The notes below the pieces were generated by a model. That model searched no databases. It was not told the DNA's origin and worked only from the letters and a program-made list of their open reading frames with translations. 32,000 nt of DNA from NCBI GenBank assembly GCA_041677685.1, contig JBAYPN010000002.1:18563-50562 (forward strand), written 5' to 3'. The DNA comes from an archaeon (GTDB lineage: Archaea > Iainarchaeota > Iainarchaeia > Iainarchaeales > CSSED10-239). This document shows, piece by piece, positions 8,877-17,182 of the stretch; within the stretch, counting starts at the first letter, position 1; each line of letters starts with the position of its first letter. The position numbers and the translations under genes are program-made.

Positions 8877-11180
8877 ATGATGGATCCAGATTTAGTAAAT
8901 TATATTTTTGAAGAAATAAAAAAAGGAAAATCAAAAGAAGAACTTTTCACTTTCTTAACTGTTGAGCAATCATTAAAGATTGAAAGAGAATATTTTGAAC
9001 AAGCATATTTAGTTGCAAATAAAAAGATTTCTTTACTAAATAATATTAGAAACTCACAAAGTAATGATAGCCCTTCTCAAACAACTCCTCAAGAAGTACC
9101 CTCTCAAGGGACATTTTCTTCTAACAATTCTATAAATTTAGGTCATGGTAATGATGATTCTAGTAATATTACTTCTCAAAATAGTTCTGTAAACAACAAT
9201 AGAGAGGATGTTGAAAAAAATTACTTCTCAATTGAAAATTATAAAAAACCAGCAACGGTTGCTAAAGATTATAGTAAATATAGTTTGGGTAATGATCAGA
9301 ATCAAAATCAAAATCAAAATAAAAATACCAATCAGAATAACTATTCAAACAATAACCAGAATAACCATAATACAGGTAATCAAAACACTACCCAAAATAA
9401 AAAGTTAGAACCTAAAAAATCAAAGAAAGGCTTTAAGATTTTTTTAGCAATTTTTATAATATTACTTTTGTTAGTTGTTATTTACTTGTTTATTTTACCA
9501 AAAGTTGGAATTGATCTTAACCTAGAGTCATTATTTAAAAAGTCTTCTCAAGAAATTGATAACTCAAGTATGGATAGAGATCTAGTAGCTGTTGTTTCTG
9601 CAACACCAAAACCTGGGAATTATTCTGAGAAGATTGATGTTTCTTTTTCAACAGATTTAAATGATGCTGTCATATATTATAGTTTAGATGAAAAAGACAT
9701 AATTACTAATGGGTTATTGTATACTGCTCCAATTTCAATTGATAAAAACACAGTTGTTAATGTTGTTGCTTCTAAGGATGGTAGCTTGTCAGAGACTTTT
9801 TATTTTAATTATTTGTTTGTTGTAGATAGCAATAATGTTTCTAATGATAATAATGTTGTAGAAACCTGCTCTGATGGAATTAAAAATCAAGACGAAACAG
9901 GTGTTGATTGTGGGGGGGTTTGTCAACCTTGTCCTGATCAAGATCAAAATCTTCCTTCTGTAGAAACTTGTTCTGATGGAATTAAAAATCAAGACGAAAC
10001 AGGTGTTGATTGTGGAGGAGTTTGTCAACCTTGTTTACCAGCTGGTGGCTCAGGTGGTGGCTCAGGTGGTGGCTCAGGTGGTGGCTCAAATCCTCCAGTA
10101 AACCCTCCAGTAGATGTTACCTTTTGTGACTCAGATATAGTTAATTACTCTAAAACTATAAACGGACCTTCTAAAGATTTATTAAAAACTGCAGATAATA
10201 AATTATTAGTTATTGGTAATAGTGTAAATAATAATAATAGTTACATAACTAAATTAAATTCTGACTATACTTTAGTTTGGGATCATAATTACCCAGCATC
10301 TAACATAGTATTTAATTCTATAACAGAAACAACTAATGGTTATTTGGTAACTGGTAGCTTAGATAACAAGATTGCTCTTTTTAAAATAAGTTTGGATGGA
10401 GATTTAGATTGGAACAAGAGCTATAATTATTCAAATTCAGTTGCACATTTTATAACTAAGACAGGGACAAGTTACATAGTTGGAGGTAGTTATTCTAATG
10501 TTGATTCTTTTGACTTCTTATTAATCAAAGTTAATGAAGATGGTCAACAAATTTCACAGTTTACAAAATCTGTATTTAATAATGATTATTATTATAAGGC
10601 AGTAACAGATAACTCATATATTTACCTTTTAGGGAAATCAAATTTAAATAATAATAATTATGATTATATTTCTAAAAATAAGATTTCTGACCTTTCAGAA
10701 GTTTGGTCAAATATAATTCAGTCGTCTGTAAGTTCTAATCAAGCAATATATTTAGACACAGAAAACCTATTTATTTCAAATTTACAAGATACATTTGTTG
10801 GAGTTGATGAAAATGTAGTTTTAGATGTTAAAGAAAAGTTAGCTATTGTTAATGTAAATAAAGCTGATGGTAATATAGATAACATTTATTATTTCAAATT
10901 TTCAAATTGTAACGATTGTCAACCAATTGGAAGAAATATTTTTAAAAAAGAAAACTCATACTTAATTTTTGGGATTTTAAATAATTTTAGTAAAGGGGTT
11001 ACTTTTGAAGTTGACAGCACTTTTGAAAACTCTTTATTTGAGGAGCAGTATACAGAGTTGTCAAGTAATTTAGATGATATCTTTGTAGATGTTATATATA
11101 ATGATAATAAGTATACTACTCTAAATAACACATCTAGTTGTTTGGTGGATAATTCTTTAGTATTAATTGATTTGGAATGA
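8877..11180 (+). CDS. Type II membrane-anchored surface protein (767 aa)
   Basis: Domain order: a cytoplasmic head ending in an N/Q-rich low-complexity tract, then EPKKSKK and a single TM (GFKIFLAIFIILLLLVVIYLFIL). Next comes an Ig-like segment resembling the chitobiase/FN3-associated C-terminal domain (PGNYSEKIDVSFS...AVIYYSLDE...YTAPISIDKNTVVNVVASKDG). Then two VETCSDGIKNQDETGVDCGGVCQPC modules and a (GGGS)n linker. Last are repeats of the type GYLVTGS...FLLIKVNEDG...W typical of beta-propeller-like archaeal surface proteins. Confidence 0.75.
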   Translation: MMDPDLVNYIFEEIKKGKSKEELFTFLTVEQSLKIEREYFEQAYLVANKKISLLNNIRNSQSNDSPSQTTPQEVPSQGTFSSNNSINLGHGNDDSSNITSQNSSVNNNREDVEKNYFSIENYKKPATVAKDYSKYSLGNDQNQNQNQNKNTNQNNYSNNNQNNHNTGNQNTTQNKKLEPKKSKKGFKIFLAIFIILLLLVVIYLFILPKVGIDLNLESLFKKSSQEIDNSSMDRDLVAVVSATPKPGNYSEKIDVSFSTDLNDAVIYYSLDEKDIITNGLLYTAPISIDKNTVVNVVASKDGSLSETFYFNYLFVVDSNNVSNDNNVVETCSDGIKNQDETGVDCGGVCQPCPDQDQNLPSVETCSDGIKNQDETGVDCGGVCQPCLPAGGSGGGSGGGSGGGSNPPVNPPVDVTFCDSDIVNYSKTINGPSKDLLKTADNKLLVIGNSVNNNNSYITKLNSDYTLVWDHNYPASNIVFNSITETTNGYLVTGSLDNKIALFKISLDGDLDWNKSYNYSNSVAHFITKTGTSYIVGGSYSNVDSFDFLLIKVNEDGQQISQFTKSVFNNDYYYKAVTDNSYIYLLGKSNLNNNNYDYISKNKISDLSEVWSNIIQSSVSSNQAIYLDTENLFISNLQDTFVGVDENVVLDVKEKLAIVNVNKADGNIDNIYYFKFSNCNDCQPIGRNIFKKENSYLIFGILNNFSKGVTFEVDSTFENSLFEEQYTELSSNLDDIFVDVIYNDNKYTTLNNTSSCLVDNSLVLIDLE
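9294..9323 (+). repeat. Hexanucleotide (AATCAA)n microsatellite encoding (NQ)n
   Basis: GATCAG AATCAA AATCAA AATCAA AATAAA, in frame inside the N/Q-rich cytoplasmic region of the 8877 ORF. Confidence 0.8.
9858..10034 (+). repeat. Two 75-nt near-identical direct repeats (period 102 nt), each encoding a 4-Cys module
   Basis: 9858-9932 and 9960-10034 differ at about 6 of 75 positions by hand comparison. Both encode VETCSDGIKNQDETGVDCGGVCQPC. Confidence 0.9.
10044..10088 (+). repeat. 12-nt tandem repeat (GGTGGTGGCTCA) encoding a GGGS linker
   Basis: GGTGGCTCA followed by three exact copies of GGTGGTGGCTCA. Translation is GGSGGGSGGGSGGGS. Confidence 0.9.
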
Positions 11181-11415
11181 TATTTAGAGTTACTTTACCA
11201 AACTGTTGTTTAGAAGTACTTAATTTAAAACTAATTTAAATTTAAAATATAAAAACTTAGGTCAATTAAAAAGTAAACTATTGCTGAAAACTTTGTAGAT
11301 GAATGGTAAGCAATTACTTGTAATTAATAAAAGTTATTTAAAAAGCAGATTAACAATTGATAGGGGGCACCTTTACCTTTGGTCATTAATTACCTTTAGT
11401 CATTTTTAAGATACC

Positions 11416-11427
11416 TTTATAAATGTT
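11416..11427 (+). promoter_or_regulatory. Candidate TATA box (TTTATAAATGTT) for the 11475 gene
   Basis: Third exact copy of the 12-mer. AGAGGTG SD at 11461-11467 and a TTG start at 11475. Confidence 0.45.
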
Positions 11428-11474
11428 ATGTTTTATAATATAATTATTTTTATAAAATTTAGAGGTGTATTATT

Positions 11475-14453
11475 TTGGCAAAGAAAGAAAGTAAAATAAA
11501 AAATACAAAAACAAATTTAAAAACAAATACAAAAAACAAATTAACAAGAAATGGAAACATTTATTTTATAATAATTATAGTTTTATTAATAGCATTAATT
11601 TTTATAACAGGATTTAGGACTGAAGGTTTTTTAACAAAAGTACTTTCGTTAGATAGTTCTTCTAGAAATGTTAAAAGTGCGAGTTGTGTTTATGCTGACT
11701 TAACTAACTTAAAATCATCTGATTCTTTAGTGTTAGGTTGTGAGTATGATAAATCTATAGGTTATTTTTGTGATGAGGATTTAAAATTAAAATCAAAAAC
11801 TTATACTCTTAAAAGAGATACTTGTAAAACTTTAAATACATGTTTTGATGGCATTAAAAATCAAAATGAAACTCAAATAGATTGTGGAGGAGTTTGTGCT
11901 CCTTGTAACTCAGGTTCAGGTTCTAGTTGTGAAGATGATTCTGATTGTGATGATGGTAATCCATGTACAAGTGAATATTGTAGTCAAGCAGGAGAATGTG
12001 TGGTTTCTGTATCCTTAAATGGTTCAAGTTGTGGAGATGATCAGGTTTGTGATTCAGGAGTTTGTTATGGTTTAGATGCTTTTGATTGTAGTCAATATCC
12101 AAGTTGTCAAGGTAATGATTGTTACTATATTCATGCATTAAGTGATATGCCAGTTTGTGCAGATTTAGATGCTGGATCTGGTTGGGAATTTACCCATACA
12201 GATATTGGGCAACAGTTAATATTGCCTTGGGCAGGTACCTCTAATGTCCCACAAACACAAATTATTGTAAATGGAGAGGATTTAGAAGATGGAGACTTAG
12301 TTGGTGTTTTCCATTTTGATGAAGAGTTGCAGATGGATGTTTGTGAAGGCTTTATTGCTTGGGATGCTGTAAATGTACCTTATAATCTTATTTTAGTAAG
12401 CGCTTTTACTCCTATATTACCTTTATGGGGAGGAATGGTTCCTGGTGAAGAACTAATTTGGAAAGTTTATAAAAAATCAACAGACACAGAGTATGTAATG
12501 ACACCTACCTTTTATAATGCTGATGAGCTAGCAGATGGTGGAATGAGTATAATTGATTTCTCTCAAAATAATTATTTTGCTCCTGATGAACTTACAGTTT
12601 TAAAGAAATTAGAAAATATACAAAATTGTAGTAGTAACTATGATTGTTCAGATGGAGATCTATGTACTCAAGATATTTGTACAAATGGAGTTTGTTCAAA
12701 TCCAATTGTAAACAATGGGTCAAGTTGTGGTGGAGGTAACATCTGTTTTAATGGTAACTGTATAGAGCCAGAATGTACTTCTGCATCTAATTGTGAAACA
12801 CAACTTTGTTATAATACAACATGTACTGATTATGTATGTAAAAACACAATGTATCCTGACAACACACTTTGTGGAACTAATATGATTTGTCAAGCAGGAA
12901 ATTGTGTAGCTGAACCAGAATGTTCTGTAGCTTCAGATTGTCCTGATGATCTAAACCCTTGTACTTATAATGTTTGTTCTTCAGGGGAATGTTCATATCA
13001 AAATGTAAGTAATGGAACAAGTTGTGGGAATAATATGGTTTGTCAAGCAGGGAATTGTGTAGCTGAACCTGAATGTGCTTCTAATGATGATTGTGAGGCT
13101 GGAGAGATTTGTTCATCAGGAATTTGTGTAGCTGAACCTGCAAATTATTGTATGACAAATGCACAATGTGATGATGGTTTAGATTGGACAACTAACTATT
13201 GTGGAGCTGATCACACCTGTGTGAATGTAGATAACATAGGATATAGTTATAGTAAACTTAAAAATCCAAATGGTAGTATAGAAGAATATAGTTGTCAAGT
13301 AAAAGAAGATTGTCCAACAAACACAATAGACCCTTGTCATAAACTAAATGCTAATGCTTGTTCAGGAACATCCAAATGTGCTTATTCACAACAACCACCT
13401 GAACCTAATCCATTTTATAATGGAGACAAAATATGTAGTAATATGTTTAAGGTATATGATGTAGTTTCGTGTCAAGATAATTCAGATTGTGAAAGCCTAA
13501 TATCTCCTCTGTGTGTAAATGACAATAATTATACGGCTGTTTGTGATGGTGTTAAAGGTTGTGTATTTAATGAAAATAAAATAAATACTTTTAAACAAAA
13601 TGGTACAAGTTGTACAATTGGAGGTGTTGAAGGAGTTTGTAATGTTGGTGTGTGTCAACCTTTGTTCATACCTGAGTGTAATGTAGATTCTCAGTGTGAT
13701 GATGGTAATCCATGTACTCAAAACAAATGTACAAACTACACTTGTGATTATGAAACTAACTTAGAAAATGGAATAAGTTGTGGTGCAAAAAAATACTGTC
13801 AAAATGGAAATTGTATATCAGGAAACTGTAATTCTGATGATGATTGTGCAGACGATACTTTTTGTGCAGACAGATATTGTGATTTAAGTACCTTTACTTG
13901 TAAGGCTACATCAATTAACCAAGGAGAAGTTTGTGAAAACCCTGATCCATATATTGGAATCTCAACATGTACTAATGGGGTTTGTAAATTCAATGCAATT
14001 GATATAGGATTGTGTGAAAACCCTTTAGTTGGAACTGACAACATTACAGGAATCTATGCAATGGTAACTTCAGTACCTTTAAATGGTGGACAAGAAGTAG
14101 TTGGTATGGCTGCAAAATTTATAGATAATGGAAATCAATTTTGTGCTGGGGCTCACTACACTTCAAGAGGAGTACCAGATGGTCAAGTTTTTGTAGCCTT
14201 TGGAGATGATCCAAGCACCCCTGAAAAAGATGGTTTCTCTTATGCAGAACTTATAAACATGACTATTAGAACAAATGATTATATCTGTAATGTTGGTTAT
14301 GATCTGTACACTGAATTTCCATATATCAATTCCAAAAAATGGTATCCTATGTCTTTAATTGCAATTGAAAATTTTAAAGACTTAAGTACAGGGTCAACAA
14401 ACATTGATTTTACAAACACAGCAAACTGTACTCCTGTATACCATATTGATTAA
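11475..14453 (+). CDS. Cysteine-rich membrane-anchored surface protein (992 aa, about 87 Cys by hand count)
   Basis: Lys-rich N-terminus plus one TM (IYFIIIIVLLIALIFITGF). One copy of the CxDGxKNQxETxxDCGGVCxPC module. About ten roughly 50-aa modules of the form C-x5-C-x3-5-C-x4-C-x3-4-C-x8-10-C-x5-C-x4-C (for example SSCEDDSDCDDGNPCTSEYCSQAGECVVSVSLNGSSCGDDQVCDSGVC). Two Cys-poor domains lie at about 12291-12510 and 14088-14280. Confidence 0.8.
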   Translation: MAKKESKIKNTKTNLKTNTKNKLTRNGNIYFIIIIVLLIALIFITGFRTEGFLTKVLSLDSSSRNVKSASCVYADLTNLKSSDSLVLGCEYDKSIGYFCDEDLKLKSKTYTLKRDTCKTLNTCFDGIKNQNETQIDCGGVCAPCNSGSGSSCEDDSDCDDGNPCTSEYCSQAGECVVSVSLNGSSCGDDQVCDSGVCYGLDAFDCSQYPSCQGNDCYYIHALSDMPVCADLDAGSGWEFTHTDIGQQLILPWAGTSNVPQTQIIVNGEDLEDGDLVGVFHFDEELQMDVCEGFIAWDAVNVPYNLILVSAFTPILPLWGGMVPGEELIWKVYKKSTDTEYVMTPTFYNADELADGGMSIIDFSQNNYFAPDELTVLKKLENIQNCSSNYDCSDGDLCTQDICTNGVCSNPIVNNGSSCGGGNICFNGNCIEPECTSASNCETQLCYNTTCTDYVCKNTMYPDNTLCGTNMICQAGNCVAEPECSVASDCPDDLNPCTYNVCSSGECSYQNVSNGTSCGNNMVCQAGNCVAEPECASNDDCEAGEICSSGICVAEPANYCMTNAQCDDGLDWTTNYCGADHTCVNVDNIGYSYSKLKNPNGSIEEYSCQVKEDCPTNTIDPCHKLNANACSGTSKCAYSQQPPEPNPFYNGDKICSNMFKVYDVVSCQDNSDCESLISPLCVNDNNYTAVCDGVKGCVFNENKINTFKQNGTSCTIGGVEGVCNVGVCQPLFIPECNVDSQCDDGNPCTQNKCTNYTCDYETNLENGISCGAKKYCQNGNCISGNCNSDDDCADDTFCADRYCDLSTFTCKATSINQGEVCENPDPYIGISTCTNGVCKFNAIDIGLCENPLVGTDNITGIYAMVTSVPLNGGQEVVGMAAKFIDNGNQFCAGAHYTSRGVPDGQVFVAFGDDPSTPEKDGFSYAELINMTIRTNDYICNVGYDLYTEFPYINSKKWYPMSLIAIENFKDLSTGSTNIDFTNTANCTPVYHID

Positions 14454-14501
14454 ATAAGATAAATTTATCTTATTTTCGTTTTCTTTTTTTTTCTTATTTT
14501 T
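14452..14501 (+). terminator. Hairpin plus T-tract terminator after the 992-aa gene
   Basis: Perfect 24-nt palindrome AAATAAGATAAA/TTTATCTTATTT (14452-14475) overlaps the stop codon. It is followed by TCGTTTTCTTTTTTTTTCTTATTTTT. Confidence 0.6.
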
Positions 14502-14600
14502 GTAAAGTTTTTCTTATCTGTTTATAAACATTTTTGTGCATTATATACATTATATAATCAAATACAACAATTCTATTTTTAAATAAGAAATTGATAATTT

Positions 14601-15779
14601 ATGAGTTTTATTGAAAATTTACTTACGAGGTTAGCAGTAATTCAAAGTAAATATAAATATATAATTCTTATAATCACTGTACTCTTAAGCATTTTCTTTA
14701 TTTTTGGTTTAACAAATATACAGATGGAAACTGATTTCTCAAAAATGAGTCCAAGTGATTTAGAAATTTTTAAATTAAATGATAAGATTACCTCTAATTT
14801 TGGGGGAAATGATATTGTTGTAGTTTTATTTAGGTTTGATAAAACCTCTGATTACAAATCAGAATATAATGATATTAGAAACCCAGAAATTATAAACTAT
14901 TTAAAAACATTAGAAACAGAATACAGAAAGGAAGCATCTGTTGACACTGTTTTTTCAGCAGCAACTTACTTAGGTTCTTTTAATCTTAACTCTGTAGATG
15001 AAGTCAAATCTGCAATTGACATGATGCCAGCACTTAATCAATTCTTTTCTAAAGACTACACAACAACTGTATTATATTTAACAGCTGATCTTTCAGGAAA
15101 TCAAGACAAAACAATTGCTTTGACCAATATGATATCTGACAAGTTAGAAAATATACAAAAACCATCAGGGATTGAGTATATGGTTACTGGTTCTGCACCT
15201 GTGGGTGTAACTGTTTTAGACATTTTAGGAAGGGATGCTATTAAGACTTTGATTTTGGCAGCAATCATTATTTTGCTATTATTATTTATTACTGAATTTT
15301 CCATAATCAAAGGAATTGTTGTCTTCTCCCCAATCTTTTTAGGAGTAATTTGGACAATTGGAACAATGGGGTGGCTAAATTTAAAACTCTCAGTTGCAAC
15401 TGTTGGAATTGGAGCAATGATTTTGGGACTGGGTGTGGAGTATGGAGTATTTTTAAACACAAGGTACAAGGAAGAGAGAGATAAAGGAAAAACACAACTA
15501 GAAGCCTTAAAAATAGCTGTGCCTGCCATTGGGTCTGCGATTTTAGGGTCTGGGTTAACCACAATTGTAGGGTTTTTAGCTTTGACTTTATCAGTTATGC
15601 CAATGTTACAAGACTTAGGAAAATCTCTTGCAATTGGAATTGGGTTTAGTTTGTTTATCTCAATATTTATAGCTCCTGCAATTATTATAATATTTGAAGA
15701 TTTAGGAATTATTTTTGCAAGAAAAATGCACTCCCTTTATGGTAACATCACAATTAAGAATGGGAGGTTGAAAAAATGA
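14601..15779 (+). CDS. RND-superfamily (MMPL/COG1033-type) exporter, half-size subunit 1
   Basis: N-terminal TM, about 170-aa extracytoplasmic loop, then five TM helices. Characteristic block GIGAMILGLGVEYGVFLNTRYKEERDKGKTQLEALKIAVPAIGSAILGSGLTTIVGFLAL. The stop overlaps the next start (ATGA at 15776-15779). Confidence 0.8.
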   Translation: MSFIENLLTRLAVIQSKYKYIILIITVLLSIFFIFGLTNIQMETDFSKMSPSDLEIFKLNDKITSNFGGNDIVVVLFRFDKTSDYKSEYNDIRNPEIINYLKTLETEYRKEASVDTVFSAATYLGSFNLNSVDEVKSAIDMMPALNQFFSKDYTTTVLYLTADLSGNQDKTIALTNMISDKLENIQKPSGIEYMVTGSAPVGVTVLDILGRDAIKTLILAAIIILLLLFITEFSIIKGIVVFSPIFLGVIWTIGTMGWLNLKLSVATVGIGAMILGLGVEYGVFLNTRYKEERDKGKTQLEALKIAVPAIGSAILGSGLTTIVGFLALTLSVMPMLQDLGKSLAIGIGFSLFISIFIAPAIIIIFEDLGIIFARKMHSLYGNITIKNGRLKK

Positions 15780-17029
15780 ATTTTTTAAAAAAACCTTTAG
15801 AAAAATATTCAAATTTTGTCTCTCATAGACCTTTTTTAGTTCTATTAATTGTTTTAATTTTAATTGTTGGATCATTTTATTTTTTACAAAAGATAGATTA
15901 TATTTCAGCAGACACCTCTGACATGGTTCCTGATACTTATGATGTTGTTAAAGCATATAATATTTTAGAGGACACCTTTGGTAGTCATTCAAGTATTATG
16001 ATTGCAATTCAGGTGGACAGAGAATATCTTAATTCAAATGAAGTTACAGATGTTAGAGATTCTAGAGTTATTAGATATGAAGATATTTTATCAAAGTATA
16101 TTGATGGTCTTGAGTATATTGAATCTGTAAATAGTTCTGCCACAGTTCTTAGAACCTTAAATAATAATATTTTACCAAAAACACAATTGGAAATTAATAA
16201 AATTATTTTTGAAAATAAGCAAATGTTTTCTTCATACATCAGCTCTGATTATACGATGTCAATAATTAGTATGTCATTGACTGATAATTTTACAGATGAT
16301 GATGCTAAACAACTTGTAGATGATCTAGAGAGTGTTATTAATGGTATTGATAGACCTGTTGGGATAACTTCAAATGTTGCAGGGGCTGTTGCAAGTCATC
16401 CTATAATGTTAGAAGAGATTGGTCCTGATATGCAAAAGACAAGTATGTTTTCTGTGTATGGGATTGTTATTATTTTACTTTTTATATTTGTGTTTGGGGA
16501 GGTTGTTTCTGCCTTTAGAAATAAAAAAGATAAAAAGCTTGTAAAGGTGTGGGATATCTTTGCATCAATTAGGTTTGGAGTTATTCCTTTGACAACAATT
16601 ATAATTGGGGTTGTTTGGACTTTTGGGTATTTGGGGCTTATTAAGATGGGGGTGTCTTCAATTACTTCAGGAGTAGTTTCCATGATTATGGGAATTGGAA
16701 TTGATTTTGGGATACAGATAGTTATGAGGTTTAGGTCTGAATTAAAGGAGAATGTTCCTGAAAAGGCAATGTATGTGACTTTAATTAATGTATTTATACC
16801 AATGGCAACAACTACAATTGCTGCATTGATTGGATTTAAGGCAATGAGTATGGGGGAGTTGTCTATGGTTAAGGATTTAGGATCAATGATGAGCTATGGA
16901 GTAACTGCTTGTTTTTTGGCTGCAATTACTGCTGTTCCTGCAATGTTAGTTATTTTTGAAAATGGGTTTATAAATATTAAAAAGAAATTAGTTTTAAGAC
17001 AGGAATTGTTGGACAAAAAATTAAAGTGA
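15776..17029 (+). CDS. RND-superfamily (MMPL/COG1033-type) exporter, half-size subunit 2
   Basis: Same 1+5 TM topology. MIMGIGIDFGIQIVMRFRSELKENVPEKAMYVTLINVFIPMATTTIAALIGFKAM parallels the block in subunit 1. GGGAGGT SD at 15762-15768 lies inside the upstream gene. Confidence 0.8.
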   Translation: MNFLKKPLEKYSNFVSHRPFLVLLIVLILIVGSFYFLQKIDYISADTSDMVPDTYDVVKAYNILEDTFGSHSSIMIAIQVDREYLNSNEVTDVRDSRVIRYEDILSKYIDGLEYIESVNSSATVLRTLNNNILPKTQLEINKIIFENKQMFSSYISSDYTMSIISMSLTDNFTDDDAKQLVDDLESVINGIDRPVGITSNVAGAVASHPIMLEEIGPDMQKTSMFSVYGIVIILLFIFVFGEVVSAFRNKKDKKLVKVWDIFASIRFGVIPLTTIIIGVVWTFGYLGLIKMGVSSITSGVVSMIMGIGIDFGIQIVMRFRSELKENVPEKAMYVTLINVFIPMATTTIAALIGFKAMSMGELSMVKDLGSMMSYGVTACFLAAITAVPAMLVIFENGFINIKKKLVLRQELLDKKLK

Positions 17030-17043
17030 ATATTTTTGAAGAG

Positions 17044-17182
17044 AATGTTAAATAAAAATTAAAATAAATGTTTAAACAGCAAATGTTAAATAAAAATTAA
17101 AATAAATGTTTAAACAGCAAATGTTAAATAAAAATTAAAATAAATGTTTAAACAGGAAATGTTAAATAAAAATTAAAATAAA
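17044..17182 (+). repeat. 38-bp tandem repeat, 3.66 copies, each full unit containing the palindrome TGTTTAAACA
   Basis: Units lie at 17044-17081, 17082-17119 and 17120-17157 (1 mismatch), with a partial unit at 17158-17182. Unit sequence is AATGTTAAATAAAAATTAAAATAAATGTTTAAACAGCA. Palindromes lie at 17069-17078, 17107-17116 and 17145-17154. The array ends at the GGTGAG SD (17183-17188) of the 17195 gene. Confidence 0.95.

Noticed and set aside
9208-9408. 66-aa plus-strand ORF in another frame of the N/Q-rich region.
   Set aside because: It is a product of the hexanucleotide low-complexity repeat read out of frame (IKIKIKI...).
15101-15564. Two overlapping minus-strand ORFs (153 and 85 aa) inside the first RND half-gene.
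   Set aside because: The plus-strand frame carries an unmistakable RND/MMPL TM-block signature, so these are antisense shadows.
17006-17015. TTGTTGGACA inside the end of the second RND gene, a partial match to the 21-nt dispersed motif.
   Set aside because: Only 10 nt match, it is in coding sequence, and the flanks do not match. A chance occurrence is plausible.
17044-17182. Repeat array considered as a CRISPR locus.
   Set aside because: The units are directly contiguous with no spacers, extremely AT-rich, and number only 3.7 copies. No cas genes are present in the window.
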